A stretch of DNA of 64,000 nucleotides from NCBI GenBank assembly GCA_963720465.1, contig OY970393.1, positions 2,112,001 through 2,176,000 of the forward strand. The letters are read 5' to 3'. The translations under genes were made by a program, and so were the position numbers. Positions 28,386 through 39,050 of this stretch are shown piece by piece; the first letter of the stretch is position 1; each line of letters begins with the position of its first letter. The notes under the pieces are model-generated. The model made no database searches and was not told where the DNA came from. It saw only the letters and a list, made by a program, of their open reading frames with translations. The stretch is from Methanobacteriota archaeon. Lineage in GTDB: Archaea; Halobacteriota; Bog-38; Methanoflorentales; Methanoflorentaceae.

Positions 28386-29306
28386 ATGATTGCGTTAGTT
28401 ACAGGTGGCTACGGGTTTATAGGAAACCAGATTGCCGAGCTAATCTCGACCGAATATTCTGAAGTGCGCATACTTGACAATCTAAGCAACGCAGCGCGGG
28501 TAGTTCGATTGCCAAACGTGCGCCTAATCAAGACGGATATCAGAGATCCAGTCGCGACGAACGAGGCATTTGATGATGTTGACGTAGTTTTCCACACCGC
28601 CGCTCGCGTCGACGTAGTCGCAAGCACCAGAGAGCCATTTGTCGATATGGATAACAACGTTAAGGGTACTTTATCAGTCTGTGAGGCTGCTCGAAGAAAT
28701 GACGTGTCTAAGCTCGTTTATTCATCTAGCGCTGCTGTCTATGGAAATGCTGATTCTTTTCCCACAGATGAGGCGCAGCCGACACGTCCTCTATCTCCCT
28801 ATGCTGTGAGCAAGTATTGCGGCGAACTCTACATGGCTGCTTATCATCATTTGTATGGTCTCAGCACGCTGTCTTTGCGATACTTCAACGTTTATGGTCC
28901 GTATCAACGTCCGGAAAACGCGTACTCTGGCGTGATTAGCAAATTCTTCTATAATGCAACAAGAGACGCACCTCTAGAAATACACGGCGACGGCAATCAG
29001 ACCCGGGATTTCGTGTATGTAACGGATGTGGCGAATGCGAATCTGCTGGCAGCAAATAGCGACGCACCAAATGCAGTTGTGAACATAGGAAGCGGGCGCG
29101 AGACGTCTATAAATGAACTGGCGACGATAATCAAGGAAATGGCTCTCTCTCATTCGAGCATCGCGCACGGCGCCCCGCGCATCAGTGACGGCAGGAGATC
29201 ACTGGCGGATATCAGGAACGCAAAGAGAGTCATCAACTATGAGCCACAGATCCACATAGCTGATGGCCTTACAAAGCTCAGTCAGTTCTTTCGTGGAACG
29301 CGCTGA
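28386..29306 (+). CDS. NAD-dependent nucleotide-sugar epimerase (GalE/WbpP-like)
   Basis: TGGYGFIG, SSAAVYG, YAVSK, RYFNVYGP, QTRDF. Confidence 0.93.
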   Translation: MIALVTGGYGFIGNQIAELISTEYSEVRILDNLSNAARVVRLPNVRLIKTDIRDPVATNEAFDDVDVVFHTAARVDVVASTREPFVDMDNNVKGTLSVCEAARRNDVSKLVYSSSAAVYGNADSFPTDEAQPTRPLSPYAVSKYCGELYMAAYHHLYGLSTLSLRYFNVYGPYQRPENAYSGVISKFFYNATRDAPLEIHGDGNQTRDFVYVTDVANANLLAANSDAPNAVVNIGSGRETSINELATIIKEMALSHSSIAHGAPRISDGRRSLADIRNAKRVINYEPQIHIADGLTKLSQFFRGTR

Positions 29307-29508
29307 AAATTCGGGCTTCACCTTGGTCAAAATAGTCAATGAGTCTGAGGTTGTCCCGTACCTCGAATCATATTCGCATCGCCAAACAGAACATATAAAG
29401 CACTTATGGGAAGGTAACCGAGCGATTAACGTTGTCGCTCGGATTGAGCATTACTTAATCTGCTATCGGCTATAATCTGCAATCGCGCTTTTTTTAGGCT
29501 ATTCTCCA

Positions 29509-29601
29509 ATGCTGGTAAATGCCACGAGCAGAATCATTGCATATTCGTTATTTGCTGCCCTCGAGTTCGCGACAATCTTGCTCCTGATAATGTGGGCTTG
29601 A
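29509..29601 (+). CDS. Putative 30-aa single-TM small protein
   Basis: MLVNATSRIIAYSLFAALEFATILLLIMWA; upstream TATAAA and a hairpin. Confidence 0.3.
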   Translation: MLVNATSRIIAYSLFAALEFATILLLIMWA

Positions 29602-29688
29602 GACCAGCGCGCTTAGTAGTCAAAGACAGATGACACTATCAGTAAAAAGGCGGGCCTAACCAGGAGCCGTCTTCTTCTAAGCAATCGA

Positions 29689-30321
29689 TCACAAGGTCAG
29701 CTTTGCCAGATCGAACGCTTCAGCTTTACTATGGTTATGAATGGCTAGCATTCCGGCCTGAAAAGCGCGATACTGTGCGAGACCAGCTATCGCTTCTGTT
29801 CGCACGTAGTACTTATCGTTCTGCGTTTCGTGGAGCTTTAAAGCTTCGAGCTTGATGTTGAAGAAAGGCGTAATGTTGACAAAAACTCGCGGAGTAAACT
29901 CGAGTGACACGCTCGGAGACTCATAGAGAAAAATATCATTCACGTGCCTGTACAGCGTCATAGTCGCAAGAGCCGTATTTCGGTGATCTTGGTGATTGTC
30001 GTGCGGACTGTGCGTGTATATTCTATCGGGCCGTAATGCATTTACCTTTGCCTGAATAAGCTCGATTGTCTGAAAGTCAGTTGTAATCATGCGATCTTTG
30101 AGATTCTCAATGGTGATACTGTCCGCGCCGAGGATCTGTGCAGCTTTCTTACACTCACTGATTCTTTTGTCACTTGGCCCCCCTGCTTCGCCTTTGGAAA
30201 GTACAAGAAGGTGTACGTCGTCGCCTTCGTGTTTGTGATAGGCTAGCGTCGCGTAGCAACCTAGCTCACAATCATCTGGATGAGCTCCGATCGCGAGAAT
30301 TACTTTACCCAAATAAACCAC
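29689..30321 (-). CDS. PIG-L/LmbE (BshB-like) N-deacetylase
   Basis: AHPDDCELG, HQDH; overlaps the upstream gene by 17 nt. Confidence 0.92.
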   Translation of the reverse strand: MVYLGKVILAIGAHPDDCELGCYATLAYHKHEGDDVHLLVLSKGEAGGPSDKRISECKKAAQILGADSITIENLKDRMITTDFQTIELIQAKVNALRPDRIYTHSPHDNHQDHRNTALATMTLYRHVNDIFLYESPSVSLEFTPRVFVNITPFFNIKLEALKLHETQNDKYYVRTEAIAGLAQYRAFQAGMLAIHNHSKAEAFDLAKLTL

Positions 30322-31918
30322 CAGTGCATAATTGTTTTATAGTGTTGAACAATGCGTCCATCGAAGTATTGGTGCGCAAAGACACGTCTGCGTTAAAACT
30401 TATATTTCCTTTAAGCGCGTGCGACCATTGGGCACAGGTCGATCGTATCCCTATATTAGTTGTATAATCGATGATGGAGGGAATCACGTTGAGCGTTTTC
30501 GACGTATTGCCCACGATCGAGCGATCTCTCGCGATCTGATTTCGTTCAAATCGTGTTTTCAACTCATTTTGCATACTTGCAATCGTAACTATTTTCTCTT
30601 TAAAGTCATCAAGTTTCCTATCTGCGACTGCATTTTTTAAGTTGTCAAGCGCGCAGATGACACCGTCGATGTCCGCGAGCATATCGTCCAACTCGCCTTG
30701 GACGATCTCCACGTCGCACTTCTCATCCTTCGCCAGCTTGTATTGAGATCGCACCCTCAGTAGTTCGAGAATTGCGTCCAGCTGTCCAACGCCTCCGTAT
30801 ATATCTTTCGGTCTCCATATCGAGACGACCGGGAATCGCATCCCAAACTCTCCAGCGATCTTCTCAGCTCTGCTCAGATATTCGGCGCCCCCGTGGCCGC
30901 CGACGTAGAACGAAAGGCCTATGCCGCTAAAGGCGATGAGCATCGCCTCCGCTCGCAGCGACACGTTGGGTAACATCTGTCCCAGGGCGGAGCGCAGATC
31001 CCCCGGAAACTTCAAAGTTGCGGTGCACGCGCGACACTTCGCCACGAGCATATCATCGGGTACGTGCGTCATCTCCACGTCAGCTTTTCCGCCGCACGGG
31101 CAATGATACCAAACAGGCATTGGCGGCTTCGTAGTTAGGTTCTTCTGCGACTCGGCCATCAACTTAGCGTACTGGTCGTAGTTTTCAAGCAGAAAAGCGA
31201 TCTCTTCACTGAACACCTGTTGGCATTGGGAAAACCGCGCGAATGCGGTTGTATACCCACACTCTTCAATGAGGTACGCGAAAAAGAATGCGTTAAAATC
31301 AGCCGCGTTCGTGCTTCTGTCATACGCCCTATCGATAGCATCAGACACGACGCGCGTGTCGAAGTCGACGTCTGGAACCGGCAGCCCCAAACGTTTCGTG
31401 TATTTTGCAACCGAATCGAACGACTCGCTCGCCCAGCGTTCGATGTCGCTTTTTAGCTTTGCGACTTCGTCGCTGTCTGGCTTCGGAACAACGCGCATCA
31501 GCTTGTTGTAGTACGCCGGAGCAACCGACAAGTGGAGGGTCAGCGTGCCGTTTCTGTTTCTGACGCTCGGCAGCTGCGCTTCTCGGAACCACCGCTCATC
31601 AGCGAAGTCTTGGTCGGCAAAACAAAAGAGCTCAACTACAGGACAGTCAAGTCTCTCTCGCAACTGCTCGGCCACCGCGTGGACGAGCACCACCTTGCGC
31701 ACGACTCCACTGTAGGGCAAGAAGTTAGGCTGATGGGCAGACATCAAAATAATTCCTTCATAATCTGCTTGAAGCGGGATTCGAGAATCGTTATGAAACG
31801 CGCTGACGTGTTCAGCAAACGCTTTGCGCTTGCTTCGCATCGCGTGGTCGGGGTAAATAGCGTTGCTTGCAACAACTCGCGTGAGTTCCTGCAGATTCTT
31901 GCATTGATCTCCTTTCAT
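30305..31918 (-). CDS. Divergent BshC-like putative ligase with an inserted Cys4 module
   Basis: 537 aa, collinear with recalled BshC blocks: SAHQP..RK, PVVELFCFADQD, ADFNAFFFAYL, YVGGHGGAEY, coiled coil, SIIDYTTNIG; CPC...CRAC insert. Confidence 0.7.
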   Translation of the reverse strand: MKGDQCKNLQELTRVVASNAIYPDHAMRSKRKAFAEHVSAFHNDSRIPLQADYEGIILMSAHQPNFLPYSGVVRKVVLVHAVAEQLRERLDCPVVELFCFADQDFADERWFREAQLPSVRNRNGTLTLHLSVAPAYYNKLMRVVPKPDSDEVAKLKSDIERWASESFDSVAKYTKRLGLPVPDVDFDTRVVSDAIDRAYDRSTNAADFNAFFFAYLIEECGYTTAFARFSQCQQVFSEEIAFLLENYDQYAKLMAESQKNLTTKPPMPVWYHCPCGGKADVEMTHVPDDMLVAKCRACTATLKFPGDLRSALGQMLPNVSLRAEAMLIAFSGIGLSFYVGGHGGAEYLSRAEKIAGEFGMRFPVVSIWRPKDIYGGVGQLDAILELLRVRSQYKLAKDEKCDVEIVQGELDDMLADIDGVICALDNLKNAVADRKLDDFKEKIVTIASMQNELKTRFERNQIARDRSIVGNTSKTLNVIPSIIDYTTNIGIRSTCAQWSHALKGNISFNADVSLRTNTSMDALFNTIKQLCTGGLFG

Positions 31919-31959
31919 GAATCACCTAAAAACATGACCGCAACAAGCTTTGGAACGTG

Positions 31960-32013
31960 AAATCCAACGCTACGTTCAAATCAGCAAAATCCAGCGCTAC
32001 GTTCCAATCAGCA
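31960..32013. repeat. 27-bp tandem duplication in a divergent promoter region
   Basis: aaatccaacgctacgttcaaatcagca / aaatccagcgctacgttccaatcagca (2 mismatches). Confidence 0.9.
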
Positions 32014-32065
32014 TGATAAGTAAGCCTATATAGTTATTTTCCGTATAGATGTGCGAAGTGATACG

Positions 32066-33280
32066 GTGAAAGCCATTGTCTTAGCTGCAGGCGAAGGAAC
32101 GCGATTAAGGCCATTCACACTGACACAACCGAAAGCAATGGTACCGGTGGCTAACAGGCCCATTCTTGAATATGTGATCGATTCTCTTGCAGGTTGCGGC
32201 GTCACTGACATCAGTTTGGTAGTCGGCTACAAGAAAGAAAAAGTAATGAACTACTTTGAGGGTGGCAAGAAATTCGGCGTTAAAATAAACTACGTCGAGC
32301 AGCCACAGCAGCTCGGGACTGCTCACGCTATAAAGCTGGCCGAAGACTCAATAGAGGAAAACTTCCTAGTTCTAAATGGCGACAATCTCACCAGCCCGCA
32401 AGCCATAGAAGAAGTTATGAGCAATGCATCCGGCGACGTGACGCTCCTTCTGACCGTGAAAGAAAACGTCAAGGGCTATGGAGTCGTCACGACTGAAGGC
32501 AACCGCGTCACTCAAATAGTCGAAAAGCCCGGTACGGATATTAGCCATTATATCAATACGGGCATCTACGTTTTTGCTCCTGCTGCCTTCAATGAGATAC
32601 CTTACACAAAGATATCTCCTAGGGGTGAATACGAGATAACGGATACTATCCAAAGGATGATCGAGAAGCAGTATGACGTCAAAGGCGTCCACACTACCTC
32701 CATGTGGATCGATGCTAGTTACCCGTGGGATTTGCTTAACGCAAACGCGGCAGTGCTTGCTTCTATTAAAGAGGCTTCTGCCCGCGAAAACGGCCAAATC
32801 GAAGACGATGCTAAAGTGAGGGGAAGCGTCATTGTCGGCGAAAACTCGATAATACGTTCTGGGTCTTATGTGCTCGGGCCGGTCGTCATAGGTAGAGACG
32901 CTGAGATTGGGCCTAACGTGACTATACTCCCGTCGACGAGCATCGGAAATGGCGTTACCATCGACTCGTTTACCGAGGTGCGAAATTCTTTGGTTATGAA
33001 TGACGTGCGACTGGGCTCTCACTCTCTCGTCGCAAATTCTATCATTGGAAAAAATACAATGATCGGTTCCCATTTCATCACGGAGCAAACGAAACTTGCT
33101 ATGCCATTTCTTGATGGAGAACTGCATCACGTAATGAATTTAGGTGCGATAATCGGCGAGAATTGTCGTTTCGGGCACGGCATTCTCGTTGAAGCTGGAA
33201 AAATCATTGGTGTGCATTGCACCGTGGAATCTGCCACAACGATAAGAAAGAACGTCGACAACTACAGCAACATCGTTTGA
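32066..33280 (+). CDS. Second GlmU-like sugar-phosphate nucleotidyltransferase
   Basis: LAAGEGTRLRPFT, EKP, RGEYEITD, LbH tail lacking the HLSYVGDS motif. Confidence 0.9.
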   Translation: MKAIVLAAGEGTRLRPFTLTQPKAMVPVANRPILEYVIDSLAGCGVTDISLVVGYKKEKVMNYFEGGKKFGVKINYVEQPQQLGTAHAIKLAEDSIEENFLVLNGDNLTSPQAIEEVMSNASGDVTLLLTVKENVKGYGVVTTEGNRVTQIVEKPGTDISHYINTGIYVFAPAAFNEIPYTKISPRGEYEITDTIQRMIEKQYDVKGVHTTSMWIDASYPWDLLNANAAVLASIKEASARENGQIEDDAKVRGSVIVGENSIIRSGSYVLGPVVIGRDAEIGPNVTILPSTSIGNGVTIDSFTEVRNSLVMNDVRLGSHSLVANSIIGKNTMIGSHFITEQTKLAMPFLDGELHHVMNLGAIIGENCRFGHGILVEAGKIIGVHCTVESATTIRKNVDNYSNIV

Positions 33281-33462
33281 GGTACGCTGCAGGCGCAGCT
33301 TACTAGCATGAAATGCGTGCGAAGCTTTCAACAGCAAAAGGCGCTTGCCCTTCGTCACACGTGGCAATGCGTCGAAAGTCCAGGCCAAGAAAGTGCAAAA
33401 GCTTGACGTTACGATCGATTTTAAAGAAGCTCATAAACTCGATGTTTTTTGATTTAATTGCC

Positions 33463-33489
33463 ACAAAAGCTTTTATATAGAAGTGCAAA
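33463..33489 (+). promoter_or_regulatory. Heat-shock-type TATA promoter of grpE-dnaK-dnaJ
   Basis: ACAAAAGC-TTTTATATAGAA-GTG-CAAA resembles haloarchaeal chaperone promoters (TTTATATAGAA...CAAA). Confidence 0.65.
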
Positions 33490-33523
33490 CATACAAAAAA
33501 ATAGTCTTTTCTTAGAGGAGGTA

Positions 33524-34060
33524 TTGCTGATTCAACAAGATGACGATCAGGAGCTTGTCGAAGTAGAAATTCCCCCTGAGGAAGCAGCTCTTTTGGAAGA
33601 GCTTGACAACGTGAGAGAGGAGAACGAGGAATATCTTTCGCGCTTGCAAAGGCTTCAAGCTGACTTCGAGAACTTTAAGCGGCGCACTAAAATCCAAAGC
33701 AAGGATCTCGCTAAGTATGCGTCCACTGAACTGATCATGGAGTTACTTGATATCTCTGATAATCTCGAGCGAGCTGCTGAGGCACTGAGGGCTGAGGGAG
33801 TCCAAGGTGTCTACGAAGGAATCGAGTTGATACACAGGCAGCTATGTGATATTTTGAGTAGGAACGGAGTCACCAGGATAGAATCGGTTGGAGAGTTGTT
33901 TGACCCATACGTACACGAAGCGATCATGAGTGTAAGTGACACTGCACTCCCAGATAGCGTCATAGCAGAGGAGATTCAAAAGGGTTACAAGCTCTATGAC
34001 AAAGTGATTAGGCCCTCTAAAGTGAAGGTCAACAAAGGCACAAATAGGGTGGACCAATGA
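33524..34060 (+). CDS. grpE: Nucleotide exchange factor GrpE
   Basis: [24 protein letters not shown]...VIRPSKV; GAGGAGG SD before TTG. Confidence 0.96.
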   Translation: MLIQQDDDQELVEVEIPPEEAALLEELDNVREENEEYLSRLQRLQADFENFKRRTKIQSKDLAKYASTELIMELLDISDNLERAAEALRAEGVQGVYEGIELIHRQLCDILSRNGVTRIESVGELFDPYVHEAIMSVSDTALPDSVIAEEIQKGYKLYDKVIRPSKVKVNKGTNRVDQ

Positions 34061-35856
34061 GCAAAGCAATAGGCATAGATTTAGGGACGACTAATTCCGT
34101 CGTCGCAGTCATGGAAGGAGGGGAGCCAGTAGTAATTCCAAACGCAGAAGGAAATCGAACGACGCCTTCTGTCGTGGCATTCATAAAGAACGAACGCGTC
34201 GTGGGCGAGATTGCAAAACGGCAAGCGATCACTAATCCTGATCATACCATTTCGTCCATAAAGAGGAAGATGGGCTCCGACTACAAGGTCACCATCGAAG
34301 GCAAGACGTACACGCCGCAAGAAATCTCAGCAATGATCATACAGAAACTAAGGCAAGATGCTGAGAACTATCTCGGCGAGAAAGTGAACCAAGCAGTCGT
34401 TACGGTTCCAGCGTACTTCACTGATAGCCAACGGCAGGCTACCAAAGACGCGGGGACCATCGCAGGCCTCGAAGTTCTACGAATCATTAATGAGCCGACG
34501 GCGGCTTCTCTCGCATACGGCTTGGATAAGGGAGAGGAGCAAACGATTTTGGTTTTCGACCTTGGCGGCGGAACATTTGACGTATCAATACTCGACATAG
34601 GCGATGGCATATTCGAAGTAAAAGCCACCAGCGGAAATAACCTGCTCGGCGGCGACGACTTCGACCAAAGGATCATCGATTATCTGGCTGACCAGTTCAA
34701 AAAGGAACAAGGCATCGATCTAAGAAACGACAAGATGGCCTTGCAGAGACTCAAGGAAGCCGCAGAGAAGGCAAAGATAGAGCTGTCAACGCTCACCAGT
34801 TCAGTGGTAAACTTGCCGTTTATCACGGCCGATCAAAATGGCCCAAAACACTTGGACATCACCCTGACGCGGGCGCAATTTGACAAGCTGAGCGAGGATT
34901 TGATCGAAAAGACGATGGGTCCGACTAGGCAAGCCATGAAAGATGCCGGACTTAATCCCAATGATGTGGATCGTGTGCTACTCGTCGGCGGATCTACGCG
35001 CATTCCCGCGGTTCAAAACGCCATAAAGAAGTACTTAGGCAAAGATCCCGATCGCACTATCAACCCGGATGAGTGCGTCGCGATCGGGGCTGCGATACAA
35101 GCCGGCGTGCTTGTCGGCGAGGTAAAAGACGTTCTGCTACTCGACGTCACTCCCCTGTCGCTGGGAATTGAAACCCTCGGCGCGGTATTCACCAAACTAA
35201 TTGAAAAAAATACAACAATTCCGACAAAAAAATCTCAAGTGTTTTCAACTGCAGCTGATAACCAAACCTCCGTTGAGATTCATGTGCTTCAGGGCGAACG
35301 TGAAATGGTCGCTGGCAATAAGACGCTCGGACGATTTCAGTTGGTGGGAATCCTTCCAGCACCGCGAGGCGTCCCGCAAATCGAAGTTACTTTCGATATA
35401 GACGCCAATGGCATTGTGCACGTTTCGGCAAAGGATCTTGGAACAGGCAATGAGCAGAAGATCACCATCACGTCGACCAGTGGTCTGAGCAAAGAAGAGA
35501 TCAATCGGTTGGTGAAAGACGCAGAAACTCACGCTGACGAGGATCGAAAGAGAAAGGAAGAAGCCGAGATAAGAAACGGCGCGGATTCTATGGTCTATAC
35601 GGCGGAGAAAACGCTGAGAGAGATGGGGGAAAAGATCGACGAGTCGCGTAAGAGTAAAGTCACGGCCGAAATTGAAAAAGTGCGCGATGCGCTGAAAGGC
35701 GCAGATATTGATGCCATCAAGCAGGCAACAGAACAGCTAACGACCACAATCTATGAGATCTCGACTGAGCTCTATGCTAAAACCGCGGAAAAGGCTCAGG
35801 AGAAAGCCCCGGCCGGAGAGTCGGACTACGAGGTAGTCGACGAGGACGAGAAGTAG
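34057..35856 (+). CDS. dnaK: Chaperone DnaK
   Basis: [31 protein letters not shown]. Confidence 0.99.
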   Translation: MSKAIGIDLGTTNSVVAVMEGGEPVVIPNAEGNRTTPSVVAFIKNERVVGEIAKRQAITNPDHTISSIKRKMGSDYKVTIEGKTYTPQEISAMIIQKLRQDAENYLGEKVNQAVVTVPAYFTDSQRQATKDAGTIAGLEVLRIINEPTAASLAYGLDKGEEQTILVFDLGGGTFDVSILDIGDGIFEVKATSGNNLLGGDDFDQRIIDYLADQFKKEQGIDLRNDKMALQRLKEAAEKAKIELSTLTSSVVNLPFITADQNGPKHLDITLTRAQFDKLSEDLIEKTMGPTRQAMKDAGLNPNDVDRVLLVGGSTRIPAVQNAIKKYLGKDPDRTINPDECVAIGAAIQAGVLVGEVKDVLLLDVTPLSLGIETLGAVFTKLIEKNTTIPTKKSQVFSTAADNQTSVEIHVLQGEREMVAGNKTLGRFQLVGILPAPRGVPQIEVTFDIDANGIVHVSAKDLGTGNEQKITITSTSGLSKEEINRLVKDAETHADEDRKRKEEAEIRNGADSMVYTAEKTLREMGEKIDESRKSKVTAEIEKVRDALKGADIDAIKQATEQLTTTIYEISTELYAKTAEKAQEKAPAGESDYEVVDEDEK

Positions 35857-35865
35857 TGCGCTAGC

Positions 35866-37029
35866 ATGCCCGTGAAACGTGATTACTACGAAGTGCTAGG
35901 AGTCGGTAAGACTGCCACCGAAGCTGAAATAAAAAAGGCTTATCGTAAACTTGCCCTAAAATACCATCCAGATGTCAGCCCTGACAAAAGCGAGGCAGAG
36001 GAGAAGTTCAAAGAGATCACTGAAGCGTATGAAATCCTCAGCAATCCAAGCAAGCGCGCAACCTATGATAGATTGGGGCAGTCTGGTTTCCAGCAAGGTG
36101 CGTCTGGTGCTGGCTTCAGCGATTTCGGCGGGTTTGGTAGCTTTTCCGATATTTTCGAAACATTTTTCGGAGGCGGGTTCGGGGAGAGTCCATTCCGAAC
36201 CCAAACGAGAGCGCGCCCGTCAGGTCCGCAAAGAGGTTCCGATGTCGCAGTTGACGTTCAGGTGTCATTTGAGGAGTCAATTTTTGGAACGGAAGTTAGT
36301 GTTGAAGTACCACGTTATGAACGCTGTGAACATTGTGCGGGAACAGGCGCTGAACCCGGCACCGACGTAAAAACGTGTCCGTCCTGCGGTGGCAGCGGTG
36401 AGATACAACGGGCTCAGAACATCTTCGGGGCCCAGCTTATCAGGATAGAAACGTGCCCTCAATGCCAAGGTGAGGGAAAGGTTTTTGAGACTGCGTGCAA
36501 GAGCTGTAGGAGCGCCGGAAGGCTACGAACAACTAAGATAGTGCCGATCAAGGTCCCTCCAGGAGCATATACGGGCTTGCATATCCGAAAACCTGGGGAT
36601 GGTTCGGCAGGCGCCCGGGGCGGGCCTTCAGGCGATTTGCTTGTCGTCGTGCGCGTGTTACCACATCCGATCTTCAAACGTGAGGGCGACGACATCCATA
36701 GCGATCTATCAATCAGCGTGTCAGCTGCGGCATTGGGCGGGCAAATTGAAGTGCCTTCGGTATACGGAGCGTTAAAAGTGGATATTCCCGAAGGAACGCA
36801 GGGCGGCACAACTATCCGCCTAAGAGACAAGGGAGCCCCCAGCGTTCACAGGCGTGGCCGCGGCGACCAGTACACGACATTGATCGTTGAAATTCCGAAG
36901 AATCTGACCGAAAGAGAAAAGGCGCTCTTTCGAGAACTAGCGTCTCTAAAGGGTGAGACCATAAAGCGAGCTAGTCGCAAGGCTAAGGTTTTTAGTACCG
37001 TCAAGGATGTCTTTGGCACTAACGACTGA
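35866..37029 (+). CDS. dnaJ: Chaperone DnaJ
   Basis: HPD J-domain, G/F region, four CxxCxGxG-type repeats. Confidence 0.98.
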   Translation: MPVKRDYYEVLGVGKTATEAEIKKAYRKLALKYHPDVSPDKSEAEEKFKEITEAYEILSNPSKRATYDRLGQSGFQQGASGAGFSDFGGFGSFSDIFETFFGGGFGESPFRTQTRARPSGPQRGSDVAVDVQVSFEESIFGTEVSVEVPRYERCEHCAGTGAEPGTDVKTCPSCGGSGEIQRAQNIFGAQLIRIETCPQCQGEGKVFETACKSCRSAGRLRTTKIVPIKVPPGAYTGLHIRKPGDGSAGARGGPSGDLLVVVRVLPHPIFKREGDDIHSDLSISVSAAALGGQIEVPSVYGALKVDIPEGTQGGTTIRLRDKGAPSVHRRGRGDQYTTLIVEIPKNLTEREKALFRELASLKGETIKRASRKAKVFSTVKDVFGTND

Positions 37030-37049
37030 AACCCGCCTCAAGGCATCGT

Positions 37050-37859
37050 TTGCGCATGTACCCCCTTTCACTAAACGAACCGGCGCTTGCTGAAATAACT
37101 CGGCAGCTTAAAAACTTTATACAAGGGAGCGTACGATCTGCCAGAGCTAAAGGAGCGGTCGTTGCATTGAGTGGGGGCGTGGACTCCTCTGTTGTAGCCG
37201 CGTTGGCGCATGACGTTGTGAACACTAAGGCGTTAATACTCCCCGAAACAGTCGTCACCCCGCCGCAAGATGTTCTCGACGCAACATCTATCGCAGAAGT
37301 GTATGGGCTGCCGTTCACAGTAATCGAAATCAACGACCTGATCGACTGCTTTAAAGAAGCGGCGCGTCTTATACTGCCTGTGCGCAAGAATAGTCAAATT
37401 TCGATCGCCGAAGCAAATTTGAAGCCCCGGATTAGAATGACGTTAAATTACGTCACGTCGAACGCAGACTTGCGACTAGTCTTAGGAACAGGAAATAAGA
37501 CAGAGCTGCTCATGGGCTACTTCACGAAGTACGGAGACGGCGGCGTTGACGCTTTGCCCATAGGCAACCTATATAAAACTCAAGTGTTTCAGCTGGCACG
37601 ATACGTGGGGATTCCTGATAGAATAATCTCGAAAGCCCCTTCTGCCGGACTTTGGTTAGGACAAACTGATGAGGAAGAACTCGGTCTCTCGTACGAACTC
37701 CTTGATCGGATCTTGTTAGAACTGATTGACAAGGAGAAAACCGTCAAGGAAACCGCCAAGCTGCTGGACGTGGAATCACAACGGGTTCAAGAAATCTCCG
37801 ATCAAGTGCATCGCGCTAAACACAAAAGGCACACCCCACTGCTTCCACCAATAATGTAG
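37050..37859 (+). CDS. nadE: NH3-dependent NAD+ synthetase
   Basis: LSGGVDS, NLKPRIRM, GYFTKYGDG, PSAGLW, QTDE. Confidence 0.95.
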   Translation: MRMYPLSLNEPALAEITRQLKNFIQGSVRSARAKGAVVALSGGVDSSVVAALAHDVVNTKALILPETVVTPPQDVLDATSIAEVYGLPFTVIEINDLIDCFKEAARLILPVRKNSQISIAEANLKPRIRMTLNYVTSNADLRLVLGTGNKTELLMGYFTKYGDGGVDALPIGNLYKTQVFQLARYVGIPDRIISKAPSAGLWLGQTDEEELGLSYELLDRILLELIDKEKTVKETAKLLDVESQRVQEISDQVHRAKHKRHTPLLPPIM

Positions 37860-37906
37860 GGCTGAGTTTTTAAGAGTTGTTACGCGTTCAAAGAAAAACA
37901 GCAGCG

Positions 37907-38887
37907 TTAGCGCGGGGAGATTTTTATATCGAGTACGACATGGTACTGGTGGGGAGCGTAGGACCTTACTTTCTTGAGGCAAGTTGCTTCGACCGTTCTA
38001 TCAAATCTTCCGACAGCTTCTTTAATTCTTTCAATCGTACGAGGAAACTCGTTTTCCGGCTTGACGTCGTAATAATGGACAAAGCCGCCACTCCCCCTAA
38101 GCATCGTTACTGCGTCGTACAGGAAATTAAAGGCGGAATGCGGTAAATTCATAATGACGCGGTCTGCTGCGCCTATAAATTTAGGGGCTAGGTCTTTTGC
38201 GTCGCCGGGGCACGCCTCGACGTTGTGCAACCTGTTCAGTTCGATGTTCTTCTTCAAGCAGCGAAAGGCCTTGGGATTCTTCTCAAAGGCAATTCCTTTT
38301 TTGACTTTCTTAGCTAGCAGTATCGTAAAAGGCCCGACGCCGGCGAACATGTCCACCACGGTTTCCCGTGACTGCGCCAACTCGGCTATCCGATGTCTTT
38401 CTGTTGCTAGCCGTGGGCTGAAATAGACGCTCGCAACATCCACTCGCAGTCTGGAGCCATATTCTTTGTGCACCGTTTCCGTCCGTCTTTCCCCAGCAAC
38501 GAAGACAAGGTCTTTGAGCCGATATTGACCACCGACGCCACTAACAGCTGCCAGCACAACTTTGATGTCTCTTCGTGTCTCCAGAAGCTCTGTCGCGGCG
38601 GCTAGAATGCCGTCGAACCAGTCAATTATGGCGATGTCTCCAATGACATCGTACCGGATTCCAAGCCTCTTGCGAAGCGGTCGCAGCCGGGGTTTCAAAA
38701 CACAGGGTTCAACATCATAGCGAAGCTCATCAGCTTCTCCTTTGAAAGGGATATAAAGTCGACCGCATCGTTCTTCTATCCCGTAGCTCTCATCTAACAG
38801 GTCAAGTTCCTTGAGCTGTTTCCTGACCCGCTCGCCTTCTCGCTTTGGTACACTAACGCACAATTTTTCTTTCGTCGACACAGGCAT
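37907..38887 (-). CDS. trm5: Trm5-family tRNA G37 methyltransferase
   Basis: DVIGDIAI, YFSPRLATER, DMFAGVGPF, IMNLP. Confidence 0.88.
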   Translation of the reverse strand: MPVSTKEKLCVSVPKREGERVRKQLKELDLLDESYGIEERCGRLYIPFKGEADELRYDVEPCVLKPRLRPLRKRLGIRYDVIGDIAIIDWFDGILAAATELLETRRDIKVVLAAVSGVGGQYRLKDLVFVAGERRTETVHKEYGSRLRVDVASVYFSPRLATERHRIAELAQSRETVVDMFAGVGPFTILLAKKVKKGIAFEKNPKAFRCLKKNIELNRLHNVEACPGDAKDLAPKFIGAADRVIMNLPHSAFNFLYDAVTMLRGSGGFVHYYDVKPENEFPRTIERIKEAVGRFDRTVEATCLKKVRSYAPHQYHVVLDIKISPR

Positions 38888-39050
38888 CCGCACGCTATAA
38901 GAATACGCGACGCTTATCTTCTTTTGGTCTCTAAAGTCTGACGCACGAGAGTCAAACACGAATTAAAGATTCCAATTTGCCGAGAGAAAAAGCTATTTCT
39001 TTAGACGCTAAGCTATTTGCCGAATTCTGCTCGCGAAATGAGGTGATGCG

